Positions 49,040-61,031 of a stretch of DNA of 64,000 bases are shown here, piece by piece. The stretch lies in the IMG/VR virus record IMGVR_UViG_3300032242_001941, positions 47,612-111,611 of that record. One strand, 5' to 3'. The translations under genes and the position numbers were made by a program. Origin of the DNA: a virus. The first letter of the stretch is position 1; each line of letters starts with the position of its first letter. The notes below the pieces were generated by a model, which was given only the letters and a program-made list of their open reading frames with translations, ran no database searches and was not told where the DNA came from.

Positions 49040-49282
49040 ATGACATTACCCACTTATCGTTCTGGCGAACCTCTTTTTACCGTAATCATGCGTGACCCGG
49101 ACGCTCGTAATCTGTTGACCCGGTGGAGTACTACCAGTCGAAGTATTGCGGCCCGTGTAGAAGAAAACCGTATGCACTTGTTTGATCACAATACCCTAAA
49201 CCTTTTTATAGTAACCTGGGAACACGGGTGGGATCGAGTGGTCATTTGGGATCCTTGGACAAAACGGCACATAACTTTTTGA
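49040..49282 (+). CDS. hypothetical protein
   Basis: MHLFDHNTLNLFIVTW. Confidence 0.6.
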   Translation: MTLPTYRSGEPLFTVIMRDPDARNLLTRWSTTSRSIAARVEENRMHLFDHNTLNLFIVTWEHGWDRVVIWDPWTKRHITF

Positions 49283-49313
49283 CAATTACAAGTTTTAGTG
49301 TATAATTAGCTAC

Positions 49314-49829
49314 ATGGACTCTACAAAAGATAAAACTGATTTAGATAAATTGCTTGAAGAACTTGGGGATACTATTACCATTAGTAATCTTGGAGCCGCG
49401 TCAGGCACACTCAGTAGTGGATACTCTACTGACACCGTTACTTTATCGCCACATGGAACTAGTATGTGGAATAATACAACTATTAGCGGTGGTGGGTACA
49501 CTTATCCTAACACTGTTGCGGCAACCGGCGGACCGTATACTATCAGCTCTGGAACAGGTATTACAAATCCATGGGTTACTCATGCTACTCCAAAAATCAA
49601 GCTAGATGGTGAAGGTGCTGACATTGAAGTCAACGGCTGGAGCCTAATTGACGCAATACAAAAAATTGAAGAGCGATTAAACATCCTACATCCCAATACC
49701 GAATTAGAAGCAGAATGGGAAGAACTTCGTGCGTTAGGCAACCAGTATCGCAAGTTAGAACAGCATATCAAAGACAAACAGGCTACTTGGGACAAGCTCA
49801 AAGCTATGCCTCCGCCGGCAATTGACTAA
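49314..49829 (+). CDS. hypothetical protein
   Basis: T/G/S-rich N-terminus, C-terminal coiled coil. Confidence 0.65.
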   Translation: MDSTKDKTDLDKLLEELGDTITISNLGAASGTLSSGYSTDTVTLSPHGTSMWNNTTISGGGYTYPNTVAATGGPYTISSGTGITNPWVTHATPKIKLDGEGADIEVNGWSLIDAIQKIEERLNILHPNTELEAEWEELRALGNQYRKLEQHIKDKQATWDKLKAMPPPAID

Positions 49830-51211
49830 TGTCTACTTGGCAAGAATTCTACAATGAAATACGAGATCCGTCATGGCCTGATTGTGCGACCGAAACAGAT
49901 TTTGAATTTCTTCCAGATAACATTAAACAAGAATGCATTGACGTATTTGGATATCAACCCAATCAATTTAAAAAAACGTCTAAGCTATCTAACAAAATAT
50001 TTCCAATTAAGTCTGAGACCGCTTGTCAATTAAAGTGGAACTGGAGCACAATATTCTTGACCACAGAAGAAACTGCCAGTTGTCATAGAACCAATCACCA
50101 TAAGTTTGATACCAACACATTTGATTTTCACAATACACCTAGTAAACTAGGCGATCGTCAACGCATGCTCAAAGGCAAATGGCCAGAAGTAGGCTGTGAC
50201 TATTGCCATGATATTGAACGTGCAGGTGGTCAAAGTGATCGCTTAACAAATTTAAATTTTCCAGGGATTCATGCACCCCTTGAGCTAGACAACAATCCCT
50301 TGGCCGTACATGTTACTCCTAGAATACTTGAAGTTTATTTTGATAACACTTGTAATTTAAAATGCCTGTACTGTGGACCACATTTTAGCAGTCTATGGGA
50401 CGCTGAAAATGTAAAATTTGGCCGTCCTGCATTTAATAAAAGCAAAAATATTGACTCAAACAAACAACGAATATTTGAATGGCTAAAAGTCAATGGAAAG
50501 CATTTAACTAATTTTAACATACTTGGTGGCGAGCCCTTGTATCAAAGCGAACTAGATGATTGTTTAGAACTGTTTGATCAATACCCTGCACCCGAACTTA
50601 AATTACAAATCTTTACTAATCTTAATTGTCGTCTAGCGCATCTACAGAAAACCGTGGAAAAAGTTTGTCGGCTAGTTGAGCAAGACAAGTTAAGAGAGTT
50701 TGAAATTACTGCCAGTTTAGACTGCTGGGGAGAACCACAAGAATATGTAAGATATCCATTAAATCTAGTGGAATGGGAAAAGAATTTTGAGTATCTGTTA
50801 GCCCAGGACTGGATTAATTTGATTATCAGTTCGACTGTAACGCCACTTACCGTAAAAACTCTACCCAACTTGCTTGAGAAGATACAGCTTTGGAACAAAC
50901 ACCGTACTGTACATCACTATCAAAACAGTGTAAATAGTCCTAGTTATATGTTTATTGATATATTTGGTGATATTTTTGCTGAGGATTTTAAACAAGCACT
51001 AGAATTTAAACCCAGTGCTACTCCAGAGCAACAGTCAAGCAAAAGCTATCTTGACGGCATTGCCCGGCAGTCCGGATCCAAAGGTCCAAATCTGACCGAA
51101 ATCAAAAACCTGTTTAACTTTTTAAATGAAATGGATCGTCGTAGATCAACCAATTGGCGTGATGTTTTTCCTTGGCTGGTTGGTGAATTCAACAAACATG
51201 GATTAGCTTGA
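49829..51211 (+). CDS. radical SAM protein with twitch-like domain
   Basis: CNLKCLYC, LGGEP, TASLD; N-terminal WQEFYNEIRDPSWPDC extension. Confidence 0.88.
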   Translation: MSTWQEFYNEIRDPSWPDCATETDFEFLPDNIKQECIDVFGYQPNQFKKTSKLSNKIFPIKSETACQLKWNWSTIFLTTEETASCHRTNHHKFDTNTFDFHNTPSKLGDRQRMLKGKWPEVGCDYCHDIERAGGQSDRLTNLNFPGIHAPLELDNNPLAVHVTPRILEVYFDNTCNLKCLYCGPHFSSLWDAENVKFGRPAFNKSKNIDSNKQRIFEWLKVNGKHLTNFNILGGEPLYQSELDDCLELFDQYPAPELKLQIFTNLNCRLAHLQKTVEKVCRLVEQDKLREFEITASLDCWGEPQEYVRYPLNLVEWEKNFEYLLAQDWINLIISSTVTPLTVKTLPNLLEKIQLWNKHRTVHHYQNSVNSPSYMFIDIFGDIFAEDFKQALEFKPSATPEQQSSKSYLDGIARQSGSKGPNLTEIKNLFNFLNEMDRRRSTNWRDVFPWLVGEFNKHGLA

Positions 51212-51314
51212 CATCAGTTGATAATTTTGTTATAATGTATGTACATTATGGCAGAAACCTATCAAAAATCCTAGATTTTTACCCTGATGAAACGAATAGT
51301 ACTAAGTATTTTAG

Positions 51315-51606
51315 AGAGTAGAAAACACAACCAGGCTGTCGAAGTTCGAACAGCGGAGGATTACAATCTAGATCTACTCCAAAACGGATTGGACTTGTGC
51401 CGCAAAGCAAGTCCGGTAACAAAAGAGGACTTCGGAAATCCTCTTCATTGACAAATGGTATGAGCCTTCTGGAAACAAAGGTTGGCTTAGAGAGTATGGC
51501 ACTGAGGCCCGAGGTCTTGATCTGTCTCCAACATAATCTCACCTGTCGATGCGTCCATCCTGGGCACCTCCGCTGACACGCACAGTATTGCGATGAGGAG
51601 ACGAAG
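51315..51606 (+). ncRNA. candidate structured RNA / long 5' leader
   Basis: at least five hairpins and a 9-bp long-range helix; TAAGTA promoter at 51303. Confidence 0.55.
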
Positions 51607-52266
51607 ATGAAACTTCAAAAATTTCTTATATCGTTAGTAGTAGCATTAAGCAGTACCGTAGTTGTAGCACAAGAAGTACCTGCAGCAGAAGTCTCTTATA
51701 GAGATCAAATTGTTGACCAAGCTAACAGATTTGTTGAGCGTACTGTCAATTTAATTGCAACTCCATTCTTGTCTGATCGGGATGTTGAGTGTTTAGCTCG
51801 TAACATATTTTACGAGTCGGGCGGCGAACCAACTGAAGGCAAAATTGCTGTTGGTATTGTAACCGTAAATCGAGCCCAAGACCCACGCTTTGGCAAATCC
51901 GTATGCGAGGTGGTCAAAGCCCGCACCGTGGTAGTTAAAAGCCGCGAAGTCAAACAAACCGAAATGATCAAGATAGGTTATTTTGGCCCACCTGAAAAAG
52001 TAATCACTACTAAAACCGTAGTAGAACAAGTGCCGGTATGCCAGTTTAGTTGGACCTGTGGCGGCTATGCAAAAAACCCAAAATCTGATGATGAACGCTG
52101 GGTGGAAAGCCGGACCATTGCTGAAGGTATTGCCCGCGGCGATTATGCTGAATATCGTCTTAAGTATGGTGGTGCTATGTACTTCCACGCAACAGCGGTA
52201 CGCCCTGTTTGGGCTAAATCCAAGAAGTTTGTAACCAAGACTGGACACCACTTATTCTACGAATAG
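51607..52266 (+). CDS. SleB-like cell wall hydrolase
   Basis: signal peptide; CLARNIFYESGGE, CQFSW, MYFHAT, TGHHLFY. Confidence 0.9.
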   Translation: MKLQKFLISLVVALSSTVVVAQEVPAAEVSYRDQIVDQANRFVERTVNLIATPFLSDRDVECLARNIFYESGGEPTEGKIAVGIVTVNRAQDPRFGKSVCEVVKARTVVVKSREVKQTEMIKIGYFGPPEKVITTKTVVEQVPVCQFSWTCGGYAKNPKSDDERWVESRTIAEGIARGDYAEYRLKYGGAMYFHATAVRPVWAKSKKFVTKTGHHLFYE

Positions 52267-52328
52267 GTTGACCAAATACTCGCACGGTGTTATAATAGTA
52301 GTATGAATAACACTTGCGAGTTCGTATA

Positions 52329-52724
52329 ATGGCATTCCATCTTGAAGGACCTTGGTTAAGCACAACTGGTAAGAAGAAAGGCCCTAGAAAATGGGCTAGT
52401 TCTGAAGCCAAAAAACTAGCAGAACAAAGGCAAGCCGAATGGGATCGTAAGTTGATCCAATTTGAACGGATGGCGCCTAAATTTAGTACAGGACCCTACA
52501 ATGCACCTAAAAAATCTATTACAGACTTTATCCCAAAAACTCCACCAGGCAGGGAAACGAATCCGGTACCTAGCCAAGATACTGGTTGGGTTACCTGCGT
52601 AAAACAGCAAGATAAAGAATACACTGGCACCAAAATCAAGGGCATAGGCACCATGCATAAGTCAAATGCGGTGCCGGTATTCTCTGACGAAGAAGCAAAA
52701 GACATAAGTAAAATGAGGAGATAA
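52329..52724 (+). CDS. conserved phage hypothetical protein
   Basis: YTGTKIKGIGTMHKSNAVPV. Confidence 0.7.
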   Translation: MAFHLEGPWLSTTGKKKGPRKWASSEAKKLAEQRQAEWDRKLIQFERMAPKFSTGPYNAPKKSITDFIPKTPPGRETNPVPSQDTGWVTCVKQQDKEYTGTKIKGIGTMHKSNAVPVFSDEEAKDISKMRR

Positions 52725-52733
52725 TAAACCGAA

Positions 52734-52952
52734 TTGAGCAAAGAAGATGTAATTAAAATGGAAGGTGTTATAGCAGAAGTGCTACCTAACACTATGTATC
52801 GAGTTCAAATTGAAAACTTTGAAAAACCTGTACTTGCTAATCTCAGCGGGCGTATGCGTCAAAACAATATCAAAGTGTTACAGGGCGATGTAGTAGAGCT
52901 AGAATTTAGCCCTTACGATTTGAACCGTGGACGTATTACACGTCGCAGATAA
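52734..52952 (+). CDS. infA: translation initiation factor IF-1
   Basis: SKEDVIKMEG...LPN...SGRMRQNNIKVLQGD...SPYDLNRGRI; TTG start. Confidence 0.95.
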   Translation: MSKEDVIKMEGVIAEVLPNTMYRVQIENFEKPVLANLSGRMRQNNIKVLQGDVVELEFSPYDLNRGRITRRR

Positions 52953-52960
52953 GTAATAGT

Positions 52961-53509
52961 ATGAACATGCGCGATCAAATTAATCTAGTAGAAGCAAGTA
53001 CAAGACCAGCTAAACTGGAAACTACTCCCCTGCCCTATACTCACAAGGCATTAGATCCTGTGATGAGTGCAGAAACAATCGAATATCACTACGAGCATCT
53101 GGCCAAGGGCTATGCTAAACGCTATAATGCTGGCGAAGGCAATGCTGATTTTAATCGTGCCGGTAGCTTTTTACACAATAAATTTTTTCCACAACTAAAG
53201 TCACCCAAAGGCGCTAACCGTCCTCGAGGTGCCGTACTAGAACTAATAGAAACTAACTTTAAAACATATGAAGACTTTAAAGCAGAATTTAAAAAGGTGG
53301 CCATGGCTGTCCAGGGATCGGGCTGGGTATATCTTAGCACACAGGGCACGATTAAAACCATCCCAAACCATCAGGTTAGGACAGATATCTGTGTACTAGT
53401 CGACTGGTGGGAGCACGCCTGGAGTCTGGACTACAAGTGGGACAAAGAGAAGTACCTAGATAATATTTGGAAAATAATTGACTGGAACGTGTGTAACGAA
53501 AGAATATGA
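52961..53509 (+). CDS. Fe/Mn superoxide dismutase (shortened)
   Basis: LPY...[29 protein letters not shown]. Confidence 0.9.
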   Translation: MNMRDQINLVEASTRPAKLETTPLPYTHKALDPVMSAETIEYHYEHLAKGYAKRYNAGEGNADFNRAGSFLHNKFFPQLKSPKGANRPRGAVLELIETNFKTYEDFKAEFKKVAMAVQGSGWVYLSTQGTIKTIPNHQVRTDICVLVDWWEHAWSLDYKWDKEKYLDNIWKIIDWNVCNERI

Positions 53510-53832
53510 TAACAGTAACCGAATCAGCAGTAGCAAAAATTAAAGACATTCTTCAAGAAGAAAATAATCCCAACCTTAAACTGCGTGTGTTTGTTCAGGG
53601 CGGCGGCTGTTCAGGCATGCAATATGGTTTTACCTTAGATGAAGAGCAAAACGAAGACGATTGGGATTTAGAAATTTCAGGTGTAAAAGTTTTAGTTGAT
53701 TCAATGTCGGGCGGCTACTTACAGGGCGCAGAAGTAGACTACAAAGAAGACAACTATGGTAGCGCATTTACTATTAAAAATCCCACAGCAGTAACTACTT
53801 GTGGTTGCGGATCCAGCTTTAGCCCAACATGA
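53506..53832 (+). CDS. erpA: A-type Fe-S carrier ErpA
   Basis: [25 protein letters not shown]. Confidence 0.92.
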   Translation: MITVTESAVAKIKDILQEENNPNLKLRVFVQGGGCSGMQYGFTLDEEQNEDDWDLEISGVKVLVDSMSGGYLQGAEVDYKEDNYGSAFTIKNPTAVTTCGCGSSFSPT

Positions 53833-54374
53833 GCGTCTTACGAGAAGTTACCTACGAGCGACACATGGCAGTAGAGAACCTGCCGTTTACACAGTATCTG
53901 CTAGGTGGCACAATTACCAAACCAGATTATGTTGTATATCTGTCAGAAATGCTTGCCATATACCAACACCTTGAACGCTTGGCCATTGAAGCTGGCCTGT
54001 TTGAAGGCATGGAGGAACTGCCAAGAGCACAACACATGCAAGCGGATCTTGCGGAACTTGCTCCAGATTATCAAGCAGAGTTGTTACCAAGCACACAGGA
54101 ATACTTGGCATATTTAGATCAGCTGGCACAGTCAGACCGCGCCGACCAATTGTTTGCTCATGTGTATGTACGACACATGGGTGATCTTTACGGTGGTAAA
54201 CTGATAGCTCGCGGAGTACCTGGTACCGGACGTTGGTACCAATTTGAAAATCGCAGTGATTTGGCTAAAAAGTTTAACGAGCGAATAACTTTAGATCTTG
54301 CTGACGAAGCCATTGTAGCATTTGACAATTACAATAATATTTTTCAGGACCTGTGGACTTGCATACATAATTGA
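53829..54374 (+). CDS. heme oxygenase
   Basis: [13 protein letters not shown] (proximal His), [14 protein letters not shown]. Confidence 0.9.
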   Translation: MSVLREVTYERHMAVENLPFTQYLLGGTITKPDYVVYLSEMLAIYQHLERLAIEAGLFEGMEELPRAQHMQADLAELAPDYQAELLPSTQEYLAYLDQLAQSDRADQLFAHVYVRHMGDLYGGKLIARGVPGTGRWYQFENRSDLAKKFNERITLDLADEAIVAFDNYNNIFQDLWTCIHN

Positions 54375-56053
54375 TGCGATTTCATATCTTAGGATTACCT
54401 CACACAGTCAGCAGTAAAGAATACAACGCCTGTGCTTACACACAAAAAGTAGTCAAATTTGGTCGAATGATGCGGGCCCGCGGGCACGAAATTATTCACT
54501 ACGGTCATGAAGATAGTGATCTCGAATGTACTGAACATGTTACAGTAACTACTAATGCTGACTTGGAAAAAGCCTATGGCAACTACGATTGGCGCAAGAA
54601 CTTCTACAAGTTTGACATGGGCGATCACGCTTATCAAACATTTTTTAAAAATGCCATCCGCGAAGTAGGCCTACGCAAACAAAAGAACGACTTTATCTTA
54701 CCATTTTGGGGTAGTGGAGTACGTCCTGTGTGCGATGCGCATCCTGACTTGATCTGTGTAGAGCCCGGAATTGGATATGCCGGCGGTCACTGGGCCCGTT
54801 GGAAAATCTTTGAAAGTTATGCTATCTATCATGCCTATCTTGGCCTAGGCGCTGTTGGAACTTGTCAACAAGATTGGTACGATGCTGTTATTCCCAACTA
54901 CTTTGATCCTGACGACTTTGTGTTTAATGACAAAAAAGACGACTACTTCCTGTTCCTGGGTCGTGTGTATTCGGGCAAGGGCATCGACATAGCAATACAG
55001 ACTACTGAAAAGATTGGAGCTCGTTTAATAGTAGCCGGACAAAATCCTGAAAACATTCAATTCCCGCCCCACGTGGAATTTGTAGGTTATGCTGACGTTG
55101 AAAAACGTAAACAGTTAATGAGTAATGCCAAAGCGGCATTTGTAGCTAGCCAATACTTAGAACCATTCGGTGGTGTACAGATTGAAATGTTATTTTCAGG
55201 AACTCCTACTATTACTACAGACTGGGGTAGTTTTACTGAAAACAATATACACGGTGTTACTGGTTATCGTTGCCGTACATTTGATCAATTTGTTTGGGCT
55301 GCAAAGAATATAGATCGCATTGATCCACAAAATTGCCGTACCTGGGCGGAAAACTTTACCCTTGACCGAGTAGCACCCATGTACGAAGAATACTTTCAAA
55401 GTGTGTTAAATGTCTACACTGGCAACGGCTGGTATGAACCCACACCCGGACGCAGTGATCTAGCCTGGTTAAAAAAGACCTACCCTACCCGACCGGAACG
55501 TATCAATTTTGATCACATTGCTGATGAAGAAAAGCCCTGGGCAAATAGATTAGCCTTATGGATTAAAACCGAGCTAGATCCTAAATCGGTGCTGGACATT
55601 GGATGCGGACCCGGAATTTATGTAGATAGCTTGCGTGATCGCGGAGTCGATGCTCGCGGAATTGATGTTGATGATCGTGTACACGGCAAAGAGCATTTAG
55701 AATATCTAAGCCTATTTGACATTACAGATCAACGGGCCGACACTGTTATTTGTATGGAAGTTGCGGAACATATAGATCCTGCTCAGGAAGATCTAGTAGT
55801 TAAACAGGTGGTTGGTACTGTAGACCGTACACTCATATGGACTGCAGCCGCTGTTGGACAAGGTGGTATTGGGCACGTCAACTGCAAAGATAAACAAGAG
55901 TGGGCAGATAAAATTACTGCCGCTGGGCTAGTGAGAAATCTAGAAAAAGAAGCAGAATTAATTGAATATGCCAACCGCGGATACCATATGGGTTGGTTTG
56001 TTAACAATCTTTTGTACTTTGAACGCCCTATTAATTCTGTAAAATCTCTCTAA
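54374..56053 (+). CDS. GT4 glycosyltransferase fused to class I SAM methyltransferase
   Basis: [17 protein letters not shown]; C-terminal [16 protein letters not shown]. Confidence 0.85.
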   Translation: MRFHILGLPHTVSSKEYNACAYTQKVVKFGRMMRARGHEIIHYGHEDSDLECTEHVTVTTNADLEKAYGNYDWRKNFYKFDMGDHAYQTFFKNAIREVGLRKQKNDFILPFWGSGVRPVCDAHPDLICVEPGIGYAGGHWARWKIFESYAIYHAYLGLGAVGTCQQDWYDAVIPNYFDPDDFVFNDKKDDYFLFLGRVYSGKGIDIAIQTTEKIGARLIVAGQNPENIQFPPHVEFVGYADVEKRKQLMSNAKAAFVASQYLEPFGGVQIEMLFSGTPTITTDWGSFTENNIHGVTGYRCRTFDQFVWAAKNIDRIDPQNCRTWAENFTLDRVAPMYEEYFQSVLNVYTGNGWYEPTPGRSDLAWLKKTYPTRPERINFDHIADEEKPWANRLALWIKTELDPKSVLDIGCGPGIYVDSLRDRGVDARGIDVDDRVHGKEHLEYLSLFDITDQRADTVICMEVAEHIDPAQEDLVVKQVVGTVDRTLIWTAAAVGQGGIGHVNCKDKQEWADKITAAGLVRNLEKEAELIEYANRGYHMGWFVNNLLYFERPINSVKSL

Positions 56054-56099
56054 AATCCTATAAGCGGATTTGCCATAAATAACTTAAAGAGGGATTTTT

Positions 56100-57689
56100 A
56101 TGTCACAGCAGATCATCAATATTGGAACTTCTCCCAATGACGGGCTAGGTGACCCGTTACGAACTGCATTCCAAAAAACCAACGAAAACTTTACCGAACT
56201 ATATCAAAATACAAACAATCCGATTGCCAACACCTATTTTGTACAAGTAACTGGCAGTGACAGCAACGCAGGTACCACCTGGGAAAACGCATTTCGAACA
56301 ATTGAACATGCTCTAGCAGTAGCAACCGCAAGAAAAGCAGCTGATCCCACTGCAATAACCCTAATTGACGTCGGCGCTGGTCGCTACATGACCCGTGGTC
56401 ATTTGGACATGCCTGATGATTGCATTATTCGCGGAGTGCATAGAAGTGTAATTATATACCCTGAACCCGGTTACGAAGAACGTAATCAGTTTCGTATGGG
56501 CTCTGGCTGTTTTATTGAAGGATTCCTGTTTGAAGGCTGGCGAGTAGACAGTTTGGACAATCCTACCGAAGGATTTGCTGTTTCATTCCGTCCAGGTGCA
56601 GTAATTCGTCGTGTTCCCTATGCTCACAAAATTGCTGTTAGAACAGTGCCCACCTGGGGATATGTTCCACCTCCGACCAACCCAGTAACAGGTAATCCAT
56701 TTTTTCCTCGTGGCGCTGGCGTTGCCCTAGCCGATGGTTTAGTTTGTTCTCAGTATAGTATTTTTCCAAACATCATGACCTGGGGTGCCACTCCTGTGAC
56801 TGCCAACGGCATTGGATATTGTGCCAAAAATGGTGGCCTAGTTAATGCGGTCAATGCGATCAGCATATGGGCACACAAACATTTCCTGGCTCTCAGTGGC
56901 GGACAAATTATTTTATCTAGTTGTAGTACACAATTTGGCGATTTTACTTTATGGTCAGAAGGATCAAGACAAATTATCTATCCAACCGGAGTCACCGGAG
57001 TTACGTTGAGTATACAACTTGCCGCTGGTGCTGCGATTGATGCTAACAGCGCCTCGATTGTTAACAATATGTGGGCGGCCTTGGTAGCTGGTGGCTACAC
57101 AACAGGATGGACTCCAACTGATGAATTCTACACACGGCGTGATGCCGCAAATTTTATACAATGTATAAGTTGGGTATTACAAAGTGCCGACGAAATTCCA
57201 ATGGAAAATTTTTCCAAAGGATTTTTTAATGTTGTCGGTGATTCGGTAATTGATCCAGACAAATTGGTTGCGTTCTTGTTCTCCTGGGAAAACATGCGCG
57301 ATCAAATGATCGCACTTCCAGGAGTGAATGCTGCATCAGATGCTATTATTACTGCCTTGGTTGTTTCATTGGAGTCAACTGTGCTTACTCCAACTAAACG
57401 TACTCAACCAAGTACCATTACAGCTATTAGTCATACCTGGACCGGTGTATTGGCCGGAGTAGCATTGACAAAAATTCCGCCAGTGTTTAACCGAAGTAAT
57501 CTAGAAGCTAGTATTGTTGAGAGAAATGATGGAGTAGTTATTGCCAGTGGACAGGATGATCAAGGATCTGCACTATTTGTTGGCGGTATGAGAATTGATG
57601 CCGACACTGGCGAATTATCCGGTCCACCGTTTGATTCTGCTGTTAGCCGAATTGCTACAAAATCCGCTATTGCGTTTAGCGGTTTCTAA
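56100..57689 (+). CDS. tail-fibre/spike protein with baseplate-attachment N-terminus
   Basis: INIGTSPNDGLGDPLRTAFQKTNENFTELY (T4 gp9/gp10-like N-terminus), beta-helix-like body. Confidence 0.75.
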   Translation: MSQQIINIGTSPNDGLGDPLRTAFQKTNENFTELYQNTNNPIANTYFVQVTGSDSNAGTTWENAFRTIEHALAVATARKAADPTAITLIDVGAGRYMTRGHLDMPDDCIIRGVHRSVIIYPEPGYEERNQFRMGSGCFIEGFLFEGWRVDSLDNPTEGFAVSFRPGAVIRRVPYAHKIAVRTVPTWGYVPPPTNPVTGNPFFPRGAGVALADGLVCSQYSIFPNIMTWGATPVTANGIGYCAKNGGLVNAVNAISIWAHKHFLALSGGQIILSSCSTQFGDFTLWSEGSRQIIYPTGVTGVTLSIQLAAGAAIDANSASIVNNMWAALVAGGYTTGWTPTDEFYTRRDAANFIQCISWVLQSADEIPMENFSKGFFNVVGDSVIDPDKLVAFLFSWENMRDQMIALPGVNAASDAIITALVVSLESTVLTPTKRTQPSTITAISHTWTGVLAGVALTKIPPVFNRSNLEASIVERNDGVVIASGQDDQGSALFVGGMRIDADTGELSGPPFDSAVSRIATKSAIAFSGF

Positions 57690-57705
57690 AGAAGGAGTTT
57701 TATTA

Positions 57706-58187
57706 ATGTCTAGAATTTATTGCCGTACACCATCTACTGGATATCCAGAAAATCTTGTATTAGCCAATGTACCCGCCGGTACATTTACTACTATTCCGGG
57801 TGCCAACTGTCCTGACTACTCAGTGCCAGATCCTGCAAATCAATATGAACAACGTGATCCACTATTTCCTGAACGGGCAATTGTACCTGGACAGATATTT
57901 TTTCTTACCCCATTGTCAATTGTAAACAAAAGTGGTAATCAACAGTCCTTGACAGTTCAATTGTTACAAGAATCTGGTAATGTAATTAATTTTGGCACTG
58001 CTGTTGTTCCTGCATATGATACAGCATATATTCCATTAAATGGCAGAAGTCTTTTAAAGAGAACCGGTAATGCGACGGCTAATGGAGATCAATTGCAAGT
58101 GAAAGCCACTGCCGATAATGTGTTTGATGTATGGACGGCGGCAGAAGGATCTACCGCTAGTCAAAATCTTGGAGTCTTTATACCATA

Positions 58188-58188
<1 letters not shown>
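57706..58188 (+). CDS. small structural protein of fibre module
   Basis: SD AAGGAG; sits between the two fibre genes. Confidence 0.65.
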
Positions 58189-61028
<2,840 letters not shown>

Positions 61029-61031
61029 CAT

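Noticed and set aside
51283-51325. Hammerhead-like CTGATGA...GAAA
   Set aside because: No stem II or flanking stems can be formed, and it straddles the promoter
51279-51542. 87-aa minus-strand ORF in the structured gap
   Set aside because: No clear SD or recognisable motif; the dense helices are better explained as RNA structure
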